The notes under the pieces are model-generated. The model saw nothing but the letters and a program-made list of their open reading frames with translations, made no database searches and was not told the origin of the DNA. Shown here in pieces: positions 9,599-19,697 of a stretch of DNA of 64,000 bases. Both the position numbers and the translations under genes were made by a program. Where the stretch lies: positions 8,276 through 72,275 of the forward strand of contig CBDBLZ010000005.1 of the NCBI GenBank assembly GCA_965207385.1, written 5' to 3'. Source of the stretch: Rhodothermales bacterium. GTDB taxonomy: Bacteria > Bacteroidota > Rhodothermia > Rhodothermales > Bin80. The stretch's first letter is position 1, and each line of letters begins with the position of its first letter.

Positions 9599-10008
9599 TT
9601 CAGCGAATTCAGACGGGACACCTGTTGGCGGGAGCGTCGTTCCTGGCGGTGTTTTTGTCGTTGCCAGAGGCGCGCGCACTCGGCGCGGGCACGCTCGGTT
9701 CGGCCGCCATAGTGGCATTGGGCCTTGCCGCCCTGATCGCTTCACTGGTATCCGTCGCTCTGTTTAGGAGACGGCGCCTCCAGCGCAAGCTCATTGTTGT
9801 GGCACAGGTCCTGACCGTAGGACTCCTCGCCGTTCTCTACGGCTCCTTCTACGTGCAGGGCGGGGCCGTGCGCACGGCCGAGGGGATGAACACCGGGCTT
9901 CTGGTGGCCTTGGGCTTGCCACTGCTAGCTTACGTGGCCCTGTTTTTCGCCCGCAGGGCGGTTACGCGGGATATCAGGCTGGTCCGCTCCATGGACCGCC
10001 TGCGGTAG
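9595..10008 (+). CDS. DUF4293-like four-TM membrane protein
   Basis: The MIQRIQT N-terminus and the C-terminal VRSMDRLR match my recollection of the Bacteroidota DUF4293 family. ATGA start/stop overlap with the upstream dehydrogenase gene. Confidence 0.55.
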   Translation: MIQRIQTGHLLAGASFLAVFLSLPEARALGAGTLGSAAIVALGLAALIASLVSVALFRRRRLQRKLIVVAQVLTVGLLAVLYGSFYVQGGAVRTAEGMNTGLLVALGLPLLAYVALFFARRAVTRDIRLVRSMDRLR

Positions 10009-11019
10009 CGGGCTTCGGAAACGGCGCGACGGGAGACGGACAAACGAACGTCGGCCAAACAGGTACCGGTCTGCGAGGATGCTGCCGGCGTAGGAGGGCA
10101 GGGCGCCTCCCCGGTGCTCGTAGTGCCGGGCCATGCGGTGCGCATCGCGGTAGGCACGCAGAACGGCCAGGGCGTGGCGTGGCTTGCCTAGACACAGCTG
10201 TAGGAGCATGGCGGACGCATCAAGCGCGATGCGTTGCGGCAATACCCGGCGCCAGCGGCTTGCTGGGAGATTCTTGTATAGCATGACGAGGTTGTTGCGG
10301 AAGTTGTAGTACAGCTTCTGGAAGCTGTCCGCATCCAGCGAGCCGCCGCCGATGTGGAAGACGCGGCTTGCCGGCTGCGCCAGGATCCGGTACCCCGCGC
10401 TGCGAAGGCGCCAGCACAGGTCAACCTCCTCCATGTGCATCTCGAAGCGCGCGTCCAGCAGTCCGACTTCTTCCGCAGCTGTGCGGCGAAGCAGCAGGGC
10501 TGCGCCGGTTGCCCAGTCCAGCTCGCATACGCCATCATACTGGCCGGCATCCGTTTCCACAGAACTCACTATGCGTCCCCGGGCAAACGGATACCCCAGC
10601 CGGTCCAGGAAACCGCCGGCTGCGCCGGCGTACTCAAACCGGCCCCGTTCCGCGAAATCCAGGACCTTGGGCTGCACGGCCGCCACCGAGGGGTCTGATT
10701 CCGCCAGGGCAACCAGCGGATCCAGCCACCCCGGCGGCGTTTCCACGTCGTTGTTCAGCAGCACCACGTACTTTCCGGAGCAATGCCTCCAGGCCGTGTT
10801 GTTGCCACCGGCAAACAGGAGGTTGGTCGGCAGCCGGAGAACCTTTACGCGGGGGAAATTCGACGCCACCCAGTCCGCCGAACCGTCCTCGGAAGCATTG
10901 TCTGCCAGGATGATCTCCAGATTGGGATATGCCGTCTGCGCCACCGAAGGAAGGCACTGCCTCAGAAGCGGGAGCGCATTCCAGGTTACGACAATGACGG
11001 AGACCGTGGGGAAGCTCAT
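9925..11019 (-). CDS. Family 2 glycosyltransferase
   Basis: The GT2 N-terminus VSVIVVTWNALPLLRQCLPSVAQTAYPNLEIILADNASEDGS begins right after the internal ATG at 11019. LLNNDV and the later DLCWRLR motif are present. The upstream 73 codons of the ORF track were rejected. Confidence 0.8.
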   Translation of the reverse strand: MSFPTVSVIVVTWNALPLLRQCLPSVAQTAYPNLEIILADNASEDGSADWVASNFPRVKVLRLPTNLLFAGGNNTAWRHCSGKYVVLLNNDVETPPGWLDPLVALAESDPSVAAVQPKVLDFAERGRFEYAGAAGGFLDRLGYPFARGRIVSSVETDAGQYDGVCELDWATGAALLLRRTAAEEVGLLDARFEMHMEEVDLCWRLRSAGYRILAQPASRVFHIGGGSLDADSFQKLYYNFRNNLVMLYKNLPASRWRRVLPQRIALDASAMLLQLCLGKPRHALAVLRAYRDAHRMARHYEHRGGALPSYAGSILADRYLFGRRSFVRLPSRRFRSPLPQAVHGADQPDIPRNRPAGEKQGHVS

Positions 11020-11194
11020 GCCTGGATCGGGGCCGGCGCCCGAGGACGTTTCGCCGGCAGGGTAGCATCGTGACGCGAATACTATCTTGAAATCGCCATT
11101 TGGGTCCCGATCTGCCTTCCCTGAGCATGCGGCAACCATCCTGTGACAGGTTCTGCACGCACGCAGCCGCACGCCTCCTCCAGGTCCTTGCGGT

Positions 11195-12958
11195 ATGCGC
11201 GAGAGAGCACCGCGTACGACGTCCGTGAAGACTGCCACTCTTGACGATGCACGGACGCTGCTGTGGTTCCATTGGGGACACGCAGGTTTTCGTCCTGGTC
11301 AGTCCGAGGCGATCGAGGCGGCACTCGCGCATCGAGATGTGCTGGCCGTGCTTCCCACCGGCGCGGGCAAGTCCGTATGCTACCAGGTGCCGGCCCTTCT
11401 CCTTGGCGGGACGACCCTCGTAATATCTCCGCTGGTGGCCCTGATGCAGGACCAGGTGAACGCGCTCCGCGCGCGAGGAATATCCGCCACCTGCATCACG
11501 GCCGGCCTCCCGGCCAGGGAAGTGGATCAGCGGTGGACGGACGCCGAATTTGGTCGCTACAGCCTTTTGTACGTTTCGCCTGAGCGGTTGGGATCCGAGA
11601 TGTTCCAGGCCCGCGCCGAGCGGTTCAGGATTTCTCTCCTGGCCATTGACGAGGCCCACTGCATCAGTACGTGGGGGCACCAGTTCAGGCCCGCATACCG
11701 GCAGATTCGGACGGTCTATCCGCTTATTGGCCGTCCGCCGGTCATGGCCGTTACTGCCACGGCCACGCCGGAGGTGCGCCGTGATATCGAATCGAGCCTG
11801 GAACTGCGTCGGCCGAGCGTGATCGTCAGGGGATTCGACAGGCCGAACATCCATTGGGCCGCAACCGAAACCGCCGAAACCCGGAAGGCGGTAATTGAGG
11901 CGGCCGGCGGCATAGAGAGCAGCGGCATCGTATACGCGATGACCCGGCAGAAAGCGGAGGCCATGGCCGGCTGGATCGGGCAGGGGGGCCAATCGACGCA
12001 AGTATACCACGCGGGTCTGGCGCCCGGGGCGCGCAAGATTGCGCAGGAAAGATGGCTCTCCGGCCAGGCCCGGATCATGGTTGCCACCAGTGCCTTCGGC
12101 ATGGGCATCGACAAGCCGGATGTCCGCCTTGTCGTGCACGCGGGCCTGCCGCCGTCACTGGAAGCCTACTACCAGGAAGCGGGCAGGGCCGGCCGCGACG
12201 GCCAGCCTGCCCGGGCGCTTATTCTCAGGGGTCCGGGCGACGAATCGCGCAGGCGGTTAATGACCGATAACAGTTACCCGGACAGGCGCCAGATCAGGAT
12301 CGTGTACGAGGCCGCCTGCAATATGGCACAGGTCGCCGTCGGGGATAATCCGGCGGGTCCCCTTCTCCTGGATGTCCACGCGGTCTCTGCCGCCACGGGG
12401 CAGCCGCGATCCATCGTGCAAGAGGCGGCCGATCTGTTGGCGGCGCAGCACGTATGGCATGTATCGAGTCCCGGCCCGGGAGCGGCGCTGCTGCGCTTTA
12501 CGGCGGAAGCCGGCGCACTGCGGTCCTGGGCCCGCAAGGTCAGTAACCGGTCACTGGAGAGCTTCGTGCACTCACTACTGCGCCGGATTCCGGCAGAAGC
12601 GTTCCGGAGCTGGCGAGCCATAGACCTTGAGCGTCTCGCAAGAGGACTAGGAATTCAGCGCAAAAGGCTGGAAGCGGGCCTTGAATTCCTGGCACAACGG
12701 GGTCTGCTGCAGTGGAAGAAGGAGGAGGGGGCGCTCCAATTGCAACTGTGCTTTCCCCGGACAGATCGCCTTGCGGTTGACGACAAAGCCGTTCGCGAGG
12801 GCCTGTTCAGGGCCCGTCAGCGCTTCGACCAGGTGGCGCAGTACCTGCGTACCAGGGAGTGCCGCCGCCGCTTCCTGCTTCAATACCTGGGCGAACGCTC
12901 TGCCAAATCCTGCAATCAGTGTGACCGGTGTCAGCGGGATGCACGGGGCGCCGCATAG
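11195..12958 (+). CDS. recQ: RecQ-family ATP-dependent DNA helicase
   Basis: FRPGQSEAIEAAL, LPTGAGKSVCYQVPALL, DEAHCISTWGHQFRPAY, VATSAFGMGIDKPDVRLVVHAGLP, QEAGRAGRDG, and a C-terminal Cys cluster (CRRRFLLQYLGE...CNQCDRC). Confidence 0.85.
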   Translation: MRERAPRTTSVKTATLDDARTLLWFHWGHAGFRPGQSEAIEAALAHRDVLAVLPTGAGKSVCYQVPALLLGGTTLVISPLVALMQDQVNALRARGISATCITAGLPAREVDQRWTDAEFGRYSLLYVSPERLGSEMFQARAERFRISLLAIDEAHCISTWGHQFRPAYRQIRTVYPLIGRPPVMAVTATATPEVRRDIESSLELRRPSVIVRGFDRPNIHWAATETAETRKAVIEAAGGIESSGIVYAMTRQKAEAMAGWIGQGGQSTQVYHAGLAPGARKIAQERWLSGQARIMVATSAFGMGIDKPDVRLVVHAGLPPSLEAYYQEAGRAGRDGQPARALILRGPGDESRRRLMTDNSYPDRRQIRIVYEAACNMAQVAVGDNPAGPLLLDVHAVSAATGQPRSIVQEAADLLAAQHVWHVSSPGPGAALLRFTAEAGALRSWARKVSNRSLESFVHSLLRRIPAEAFRSWRAIDLERLARGLGIQRKRLEAGLEFLAQRGLLQWKKEEGALQLQLCFPRTDRLAVDDKAVREGLFRARQRFDQVAQYLRTRECRRRFLLQYLGERSAKSCNQCDRCQRDARGAA

Positions 12959-12985
12959 CGCCGCGCGCGCCGACGCCTGCACGAA

Positions 12986-13339
12986 TTACTCAATGGCCGC
13001 ACCCGGAGGGACGTAGTCCGGAATCTCTCCCTGCCTGTGGCGCTCTTCGGAAAGGCGGTCCATTACCTCCTCGTATACCTCAACCAGGGCTTCCGGGTGA
13101 GCGACGTAGTAGTCCTCGAGCCGGGCGTACGTAGAAGAATCGAGGCCGTAGCGGGCTAGAACGGAATCCTGGGCGTTAGGGAGCGCCGCGAATTCCAGTC
13201 CCCGGCGCGCCTGCGAAAGGTGTAGTTCCACCAGGACATCGACCATCAGGTCGCGCTCGGGATCGCTTCCCTGTGAGCATCCCGCAAGGGTCGCTGCAGT
13301 CACCAGCGGGAGGACAAGGGCACAGTAGCGCGCGATCAC
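12986..13339 (-). CDS. Small lipoprotein, DUF4296-like
   Basis: Lipobox LAGCSQ after a signal peptide. The MVDVLVELHLSQA segment resembles the DUF4296 core. 4-nt overlap with the upstream gene. Confidence 0.45.
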   Translation of the reverse strand: MIARYCALVLPLVTAATLAGCSQGSDPERDLMVDVLVELHLSQARRGLEFAALPNAQDSVLARYGLDSSTYARLEDYYVAHPEALVEVYEEVMDRLSEERHRQGEIPDYVPPGAAIE

Positions 13340-14463
13340 GTTGCCTCAGAGCGGGCAACATCCTCCCGCGTCCGGAACGTATAGGCAATGACCTCCAGCT
13401 GGCGCAGGAATTCCCGTTTCGGGAAGTTGGGCGCGAAGACCATGCCGTCCACCACGTACAGCCTGCGTGTGGGCTCGTCGTAGAAGGCATACGTCAGAAA
13501 CGGACCGCCCATGCCATAGGGCACGATTCTGCCGCCCTGTTCGCCAACCATGTGCCAAAGGCCGCGTACCTCGTAGGCAAAGCGGTCCTTGAAGCTGATT
13601 TCCTCGGATTCGATCAGTTGCCGGCGGTCGATTTCGACCCAGCCTCCCAGGCTTCCCTGCAGGTGCATTTCAGAGAGCGAGTCCCGCGTATCAACCACCC
13701 ATTCGGGCGTCAGCAGGCCGGGATCCGCATTCTCCTTGTAGTAGACGAACAGGCTTCTCCACGTGTCCGACAGCGTGCGACGCAGCCAGACGAACCGATT
13801 GGTGTCGACCGCCACCACGTAGTCGTGCTGGCCGTGCACGGCAAAGCCGTGGTTGTCCATCAGATATTCTTCGATGTTGCGCTGGCGTCCGATGTCGAAC
13901 ATTTCCCGGTGCAGCCGCAGCCGCGTGGCCAGATTCAGCTGGTATACGATATCCTCCGCGTTCGCATCGACAGTTTCAATCAGGGCGCTGTCTGTGGGCG
14001 CCATGACGTAGAACACCTGTTGCCGCTGCCGCCACACATTCTCCCTGGACACAACGGCGCCATCGCCCTCCATAATGGCCTGGACGGCTTCAGCGCTCAG
14101 GATGCTGCGCACAAATCGGGACTCCGTGCTGGCGGTGTCCTCGATGGCTGCCACGAACAGAACGCTCTTGCGTGCCTTGGCGATATCGAATGCCATTTGC
14201 GACTGGAGATTGATCACGTCTATTTCGAACCGGGGCTCCCTCGAGGGAAGAGTCCCGATGGGCGCCGCGATGGTTTCGCGGATCTTGTCGCCGACGGCTC
14301 CTCCCCAAAGCGAGGAATCGATTACGAGGGCAAGGCGTCCTTCCTCGCCCACGGCCTCAGGTCTGAAGTCCGTTCCCGAGAGGAAGCGGTCCGAGCAGCC
14401 GGACAGGAATATCGTGGCGGCGGCCAGCCCGTATAGCGGCAGCCCGATCTGGCGTGGTTTCAT
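13336..14463 (-). CDS. Lipoprotein of unknown function (possibly DUF4837 family)
   Basis: The internal ATG at 14463 gives MKPRQIGLPLYGLAAATIFLSGCSD, a signal peptide plus lipobox. The 115 upstream codons of the ORF track are Arg/Pro-rich and were rejected. The family guess is from memory only. Confidence 0.45.
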   Translation of the reverse strand: MKPRQIGLPLYGLAAATIFLSGCSDRFLSGTDFRPEAVGEEGRLALVIDSSLWGGAVGDKIRETIAAPIGTLPSREPRFEIDVINLQSQMAFDIAKARKSVLFVAAIEDTASTESRFVRSILSAEAVQAIMEGDGAVVSRENVWRQRQQVFYVMAPTDSALIETVDANAEDIVYQLNLATRLRLHREMFDIGRQRNIEEYLMDNHGFAVHGQHDYVVAVDTNRFVWLRRTLSDTWRSLFVYYKENADPGLLTPEWVVDTRDSLSEMHLQGSLGGWVEIDRRQLIESEEISFKDRFAYEVRGLWHMVGEQGGRIVPYGMGGPFLTYAFYDEPTRRLYVVDGMVFAPNFPKREFLRQLEVIAYTFRTREDVARSEAT

Positions 14464-14666
14464 GGTTTCGGCCGTTGTTGGAGATTCTGACAATTCTGGC
14501 GCACGGGAAAAGATGCCGCGCAGCCTACCCCGATAGCGAGGCAGCTGTTTCGGGCGGCGGTCGCCCGCCGGCACGCTTGTGGAAGTAGCAAGGCGATGTT
14601 TCTGGGGCCGAGGCCATGCACCGGCACCCTTTGCACTCGGTACGGTCCTGGGACGCAGTCCTACAT

Positions 14667-15476
14667 TCATGATCCGTATTTCAGTTCGGCAGCAAATTCG
14701 CGCAGTTTCTGGCAGCGCCCCTGCAGGGTGAGCGATTCGTCGTGCCACAACTGCTCTATTCGCGTAACAAGGGCGGAGCCCACGATGAAGCCGTCCGCGT
14801 GGCGGCACACGCGTGCGGCGTCTGCGTGGGTCTTGATGCCAAAGCCCACCATAAGAGGGTTCCTGCGTACAAGGCTGCGCGCATGGCGAAGGTAGCGCTC
14901 TACCTGTTCCATCCGGTTCGTCAGCCTGATCCCGGTCACTCCTGTAACGGATACGGCATAAACAAAGCCGGAGGAGCGTGCATCGATCTCGCGGATGCGG
15001 TCCGGCGGAGTATTGGGCGCCAGGAGGTAAACGATGCCCAGGCCGGCCTCGGCTGCGTGTCCGGCCAGCACGCCGTCTTCCTCTGGAGGAAGATCCGGAA
15101 TGATCAGGCCTGCCACGCCGGCGTGGCAGGCCGCCATGCAGAATTGCCGGGGCCCGTAGCTCAGGATGGGATTGATGTACCCCATGAGCAACAGCGGCGC
15201 AGCATGACGCTGCGTGAACGCGTGCGCGAACCGGAAAGTGTCTTGCATGCGGACTCCGCCGGATAGTGCGCGCGCGCTCGAGCGCTGAATGGGCGGGCCT
15301 TCCGCAAGGGGGTCGCTAAAGGGCATGCCGAGCTCGACAAAGTCGGCGACCTCGCCCAGCGCATCCAGTACAGGCGGCGTGTCGGCCATGCTGGGGAAGC
15401 CGCTGGTAAGAAACAGCCCCATGGACTTTTCTCCACGCGCGCAAGCCGCCCGAATCCTTTGCGACAGTCTAGACAC
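14667..15476 (-). CDS. trpA: Tryptophan synthase alpha chain
   Basis: ELGMPFSDPLAEGPPIQ, GYINPI and VSVTGVTG motifs. Start abuts the trpB stop. Confidence 0.92.
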   Translation of the reverse strand: MSRLSQRIRAACARGEKSMGLFLTSGFPSMADTPPVLDALGEVADFVELGMPFSDPLAEGPPIQRSSARALSGGVRMQDTFRFAHAFTQRHAAPLLLMGYINPILSYGPRQFCMAACHAGVAGLIIPDLPPEEDGVLAGHAAEAGLGIVYLLAPNTPPDRIREIDARSSGFVYAVSVTGVTGIRLTNRMEQVERYLRHARSLVRRNPLMVGFGIKTHADAARVCRHADGFIVGSALVTRIEQLWHDESLTLQGRCQKLREFAAELKYGS

Positions 15477-16658
15477 CTATGTTCCCGACTCAGTGATAGA
15501 CGCCATGTCCTTGTCTCCACGGCCTGAACAGTTCAGCACCACTACACCGCTTAGCCGGCCCGACAGCTTGGCCAGGGCCGCAACGGCATGGGCGGTTTCG
15601 AGCGCGGGGATAATGCCCTCCGTGGCTGCCAGGAGTCTGACCGCATCAAGCGCATCGGCGTCCGTTACGGCGTGGTACTCAACGCGGCCAAGATCCTTCA
15701 GGTAAGCGTGCTCGGGGCCCACGCCCGGATAATCCAGTCCAGCGGAGATAGAATGCGCCAGCTTGACCTGGCCGTCGCCGTCTTGTAGCAGGTAACTCAT
15801 CGCTCCATGGAGGACGCCGGGTGAACCGCGGCTGAGCGTAGCCGCGTGCCGCCCCGAAAGACCCTCTCCCGCGGCTTCCACGCCGATCAGGGCAACCCGG
15901 CCATCATCCATGTACGGAAAGAAAATCCCCATGGCATTCGAGCCGCCTCCCACGCAGGCTATGATAGCCTCGGGAGAAGGTTGTCCCTCGCAGTCCTGCA
16001 GCTGGCGCCGGGTCTCTTCGCCGATGACGCACTGGAAGGTGCGAACCAGTTCAGGGTAGGGATGCGGGCCGACAACAGAGCCGATGATGTAGAAAGTATC
16101 AGCGGGATTGGAAACCCAGTCCCGGATGGCTTCGCTGGTGGCGTCCTTGAGCGTCCGGCTGCCGCTGGAAACCGGGTTGACGGTCGCTCCCAGGAGCTGC
16201 ATCCGCTCCACATTGAGGCGCTGGCGCCGGGTGTCCTCCTCGCCCATGTAGACGACACACTTCAGCCCGAATTTGGCAGCTACAGTCGCCGTGGCCACGC
16301 CGTGCTGGCCGGCGCCTGTTTCCGCGATGATGCGCGATTTTCCCATTCGCCGCGCCAGCAGAATCTGGCCGACCGTGTTGTTGATCTTGTGCGCGCCCGT
16401 GTGACACAGATCTTCGCGTTTCAGGTAGATCCTGGGTCCGCCCAGCCTTGCCGTCAACCGGTCCGCAAACGTAAGCGGGGTCGGGCGTCCAACATACTGT
16501 GTCAGGATGTCATGGTACTCGGCCTGAAAGTCCTCCCGGGGCCAGTACTCCCTGAAGGCAGCATCAAGCCTGGACAGTTCCGGGATCAGAATCTCCGGGA
16601 CGTAGGCCCCGCCGTAGGGACCGAAGCGACCGCTCTTGTCAGGAGCCCGGTATGCCAT
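15477..16658 (-). CDS. trpB: Tryptophan synthase beta chain
   Basis: [44 protein letters not shown]. Confidence 0.95.
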   Translation of the reverse strand: MAYRAPDKSGRFGPYGGAYVPEILIPELSRLDAAFREYWPREDFQAEYHDILTQYVGRPTPLTFADRLTARLGGPRIYLKREDLCHTGAHKINNTVGQILLARRMGKSRIIAETGAGQHGVATATVAAKFGLKCVVYMGEEDTRRQRLNVERMQLLGATVNPVSSGSRTLKDATSEAIRDWVSNPADTFYIIGSVVGPHPYPELVRTFQCVIGEETRRQLQDCEGQPSPEAIIACVGGGSNAMGIFFPYMDDGRVALIGVEAAGEGLSGRHAATLSRGSPGVLHGAMSYLLQDGDGQVKLAHSISAGLDYPGVGPEHAYLKDLGRVEYHAVTDADALDAVRLLAATEGIIPALETAHAVAALAKLSGRLSGVVVLNCSGRGDKDMASITESGT

Positions 16659-16661
16659 GCG

Positions 16662-17291
16662 TCAACCGCTGGAGCTGCTCTGAAAGACTGCCTCGACCAG
16701 GGCATAATCCTTCCTCCCAGGCGCGGTCTCCACCCCGCTGGACATGTCCAGGGCCCAGGGGCGCACCTGTCGCAGGGCATCCGAAATGTTGTGGGGACCA
16801 AGTCCGCCCGCGAGGAACACCGGGAATTCGCGGCAGATGGCGCCGGCCATCGACCACTCAAAGGTCTTGCCCGTCCCGCCGTGCAGCACCGGGTGATAGG
16901 TATCCAGAAGGAAGAAGTCTGCAACCTCGGCGAAAGCCTCCATTTGCGTGCGCAGCAGCACTTCCGTGCTGGTTTCCGCGACGCGGAAGGCCTTGATGAC
17001 GGGCGCACTTATTTCGGCGCAGTAAGGGGGCGGTTCCGCACCGTGCAGCTGAACCAGATCAAAGGATGCGACTTCCGCGGCGCGGTTGACGCTGTCTGCA
17101 TCTTCGTCGACAAAAACGCCCACGGTCTTTGCGCCGTGGAGCCAGGAGCGTATTTCACCCGCGAGCTCGGCAGGCACGAACCGCGGACTTCGCGGATACT
17201 GGATGAAGCCGAGATAGTCTGCCCCGGCGGCTGCACAGAAGCGAGCGTCCGCCAGATTGGTGATTCCGCAAATCTTGATCCTGTGGGCCAT
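16662..17291 (-). CDS. trpF: Phosphoribosylanthranilate isomerase
   Basis: IKICGITNLADA N-terminus, VQLHG, GGTGKTFEW, LAGGLGPHNI. Confidence 0.9.
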   Translation of the reverse strand: MAHRIKICGITNLADARFCAAAGADYLGFIQYPRSPRFVPAELAGEIRSWLHGAKTVGVFVDEDADSVNRAAEVASFDLVQLHGAEPPPYCAEISAPVIKAFRVAETSTEVLLRTQMEAFAEVADFFLLDTYHPVLHGGTGKTFEWSMAGAICREFPVFLAGGLGPHNISDALRQVRPWALDMSSGVETAPGRKDYALVEAVFQSSSSG

Positions 17292-17293
17292 CC

Positions 17294-18091
17294 CTATGCT
17301 GCCAGAGAGCGTGCCAGCTGGTTGCGCAGCTGTCGCAGGGCCGCGCCGCTGTCCCTTGCCACCATGAATGATTCTCCAATGAGCACGGCGTCAATGCCGC
17401 CGCGGTGGAGGTGTGCCAGTTCCGCGGCCGATCCCAGACCGCTCTCGGACACGCGGAGAATGCCGCGGGGCACATGGGAGAATACCCGAAGCGAATGATT
17501 GATGTCGACGGAGAAGGTCCTGAGATCGCGGTTGTTTACGCCGAGGATGGAGGTCATCGTGAAGTCCAGCTTGGCCAGCTCCTCCTGCGCATACACTTCC
17601 ACCAGGCACTCCAGTCCGAGCTCGGAGGCTGCAATCTGCAGCTCGGCCAGCTGCGTGCTTTCAAGTGCGGTCGCTATCAGCAGCACCGCGTCAGCACCAT
17701 AGGCTCGCGCCTCCAGGAGCTGGTAGGGATCCACTATGAAGTCCTTTCGGAGCAGGGGCAGGGAGGTGCTCTCGCGGGCCGCCGCAAGATCATCAAGGGA
17801 GCCCTCGAAATGACGCTCCTCCGTAAGAACACTTATAGCGGATGCGCCGGCCTCTTCGTAGGCAGCGGCAACGGCGACCGGGTCCGCGTCCGCGCGCAGC
17901 GGACCCTTTGACGGCGATGCCCGCTTGAATTCGGCAATGATGGACAGCCCTTCGGCGGCCAGCGCGAGGGCCAGCGACCGGGTGCGGCCGCGCTGCTGCG
18001 CCAGCTCAAGCAGAACCGCAGGACTCACTGCCTGCCTGCGCTGCTGAAGGCGCCGGCGCGTATCGCCAAGGATCTGCTGCAGGATGTTCAT
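17294..18091 (-). CDS. trpC: Indole-3-glycerol-phosphate synthase
   Basis: IIAEFKRASPSKG, LRKDFIVDPYQLLEARAYGADAVLLI, LGVNNRDLRTF. Confidence 0.92.
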   Translation of the reverse strand: MNILQQILGDTRRRLQQRRQAVSPAVLLELAQQRGRTRSLALALAAEGLSIIAEFKRASPSKGPLRADADPVAVAAAYEEAGASAISVLTEERHFEGSLDDLAAARESTSLPLLRKDFIVDPYQLLEARAYGADAVLLIATALESTQLAELQIAASELGLECLVEVYAQEELAKLDFTMTSILGVNNRDLRTFSVDINHSLRVFSHVPRGILRVSESGLGSAAELAHLHRGGIDAVLIGESFMVARDSGAALRQLRNQLARSLAA

Positions 18092-19101
18092 GCGTTCGAG
18101 CCTTCGCGCAGCCGCTCAAGACTGTCCCGCGCTGCTCCGGAATCGATGCTCTCCCTGGCAGCGGCAAAGCAGGCATCCAGGTCTGCGAAGCGCCCGCTGA
18201 CGCTGAGTCCGAAGGCACTGTTGAGCAGCACAACGTCCCGGCTGGGACCCGGTTTGCCATCGAGGATATCCCTGATAATGTCCGCGTTGGTGGCCGCGTC
18301 GCCTCCTTGCAGTGCCTTCAGGTTGCATCGCGAAAAACCGTATTCCTCCGGTCGAATGGTGAAGCGGTGGATCCCCGGCCTTCCGTCCACATGCTCGAAG
18401 GCTTCCGTGGCTTCGCACAGCGAAACCTCGTCCAGTCCGTCCCGGGCTGCCACGGCAATGACGTGTTTGGCCCCCAGGCGACCGAGGATGGTGGCCATGG
18501 TAGCGGCAGCGCGCGGACTGAAGGCCCCCACAAGCTGGCGCTTGATCTGTGCAGGATTGCACATCGGACCGAGAATATTGAAGCACGTCCGAACACGAAG
18601 AATGCGCCTGACGGGCGCGATGTGCCGCACCGCCGGGTGATACCGCACGGCAAACATGAAGCCGACACCCGCCGTCTCAAGACAATGCTGCACTTGTTCC
18701 GGTCCCAGGTCAATGGCCACGCCAAGTGCGTCCAGCACATCGGCCGATCCGCACTGGGAAGACACGCTGCGGTTGCCGTGCTTGGTGACCGTTACTCCGG
18801 CGCCTGCGCAGACGAGCGCCGTGGCCGTGGAAATATTGAATGTGCCGAGACCATCTCCGCCCGTGCCGCACAGGTCTATGGCGTGAGCGTCGCTGCACTG
18901 CACCCTGACAGCATGCTCGCGCATCGCTACGGTCAGGCCGGTGAGTTCGTCAACGGTTTCTCCCCGCGCACGAATGGCCATCAGGAAGCCGGCCACCTCG
19001 CATGGATCGGCCTCGCCTTGCATCATGAGATGCATGGCCTCCTCTGCCTGGTCCGTGGTAAGCGTTTCCTGTCGTGACAGGATGGTCAGAAAAGCATTCA
19101 T
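18088..19101 (-). CDS. trpD: Anthranilate phosphoribosyltransferase
   Basis: DLCGTGGDGLGTFNISTA, KHGNRSVSSQCGSADVLEALG-type block. The internal ATG at 19101 forms an ATGA overlap with the trpG stop, and the 3' end has an ATGA overlap with the trpC start. Confidence 0.92.
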   Translation of the reverse strand: MNAFLTILSRQETLTTDQAEEAMHLMMQGEADPCEVAGFLMAIRARGETVDELTGLTVAMREHAVRVQCSDAHAIDLCGTGGDGLGTFNISTATALVCAGAGVTVTKHGNRSVSSQCGSADVLDALGVAIDLGPEQVQHCLETAGVGFMFAVRYHPAVRHIAPVRRILRVRTCFNILGPMCNPAQIKRQLVGAFSPRAAATMATILGRLGAKHVIAVAARDGLDEVSLCEATEAFEHVDGRPGIHRFTIRPEEYGFSRCNLKALQGGDAATNADIIRDILDGKPGPSRDVVLLNSAFGLSVSGRFADLDACFAAARESIDSGAARDSLERLREGSNA

Positions 19102-19697
19102 GAGGCGCTTACCGGTTCGGGGTTCCACTTGTCGACGAGAGCCACCCAGTTGGCTATGATCCGGGGTCCGGCGACCGTCAGTACGCTTTCCGGGTGGAAT
19201 TGTACGCCTTCGAGTGGCCACCGGCGGTGCCGGAGGCCCATTACCGTACCGTCCGGCGTTTCCGCGGAAACCTGGAGCATGGCCGGGACCGTGCCACGGT
19301 CTACGACCAGGGAGTGGTACCGGGTGGCCGTGAATTCCTGGTCAACGCCTTCGAAGATGGTATTGCCGTCGTGGCGAACCGCGCTCGTCTTGCCGTGCAT
19401 CAGGCTGGGGGCATATGTGATGGTGGCGCCGCTGGCCTCAGCGATTGCCTGGTGGCCGAGGCAGATGCCAAGCATCGGAGTCGCAGGGCCGAGATGCGCA
19501 ATGACATCCTTGCAGATTCCGGCATCATTCGGTCTTCCGGGCCCCGGAGATATAAGTATGCCATCCGGCCTCATGGCTTCGATATCGCGAAGGGAGAGCG
19601 CGTCGTTTCGACAGACCGTGACCTCGGAGTGGTATTGCCCGACGAGATGCACGAGGTTGTACGTAAAGGAGTCGTAGTTGTCCAGAACCAGTATCAT
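19098..19697 (-). CDS. trpG: Anthranilate synthase component II (glutamine amidotransferase)
   Basis: MILVLDNYDSFTYNLV, ILISPGPGRP, GICLGHQ, VQFHPES. The internal ATG at 19697 forms an ATGA overlap with the trpS stop. Confidence 0.9.
   Translation of the reverse strand: MILVLDNYDSFTYNLVHLVGQYHSEVTVCRNDALSLRDIEAMRPDGILISPGPGRPNDAGICKDVIAHLGPATPMLGICLGHQAIAEASGATITYAPSLMHGKTSAVRHDGNTIFEGVDQEFTATRYHSLVVDRGTVPAMLQVSAETPDGTVMGLRHRRWPLEGVQFHPESVLTVAGPRIIANWVALVDKWNPEPVSAS

Noticed and set aside
14551-14567. GC-rich hairpin (CGGGCG-GCGGT-CGCCCG) downstream of trpA, as a possible operon terminator
   Set aside because: The stem is only 6 bp. It has no U-run on the transcribed (minus) strand and lies about 100 nt after the trpA stop. 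This is not convincing as an intrinsic terminator.
14464-14808. N-terminal extensions proposed by the ORF track. Examples are 14464..14808, 11020..11238, 19102..19221, 19698..19799, 22988..23245, 24411..24452, 26846..26905, 2490..2846, 35205..35432 and 47755..47868.
   Set aside because: The internal start codons give canonical N-termini, signal peptides or lipoboxes and sit exactly at the upstream stop codons (often as ATGA overlaps). The extensions overlap neighbouring genes or are low-complexity.
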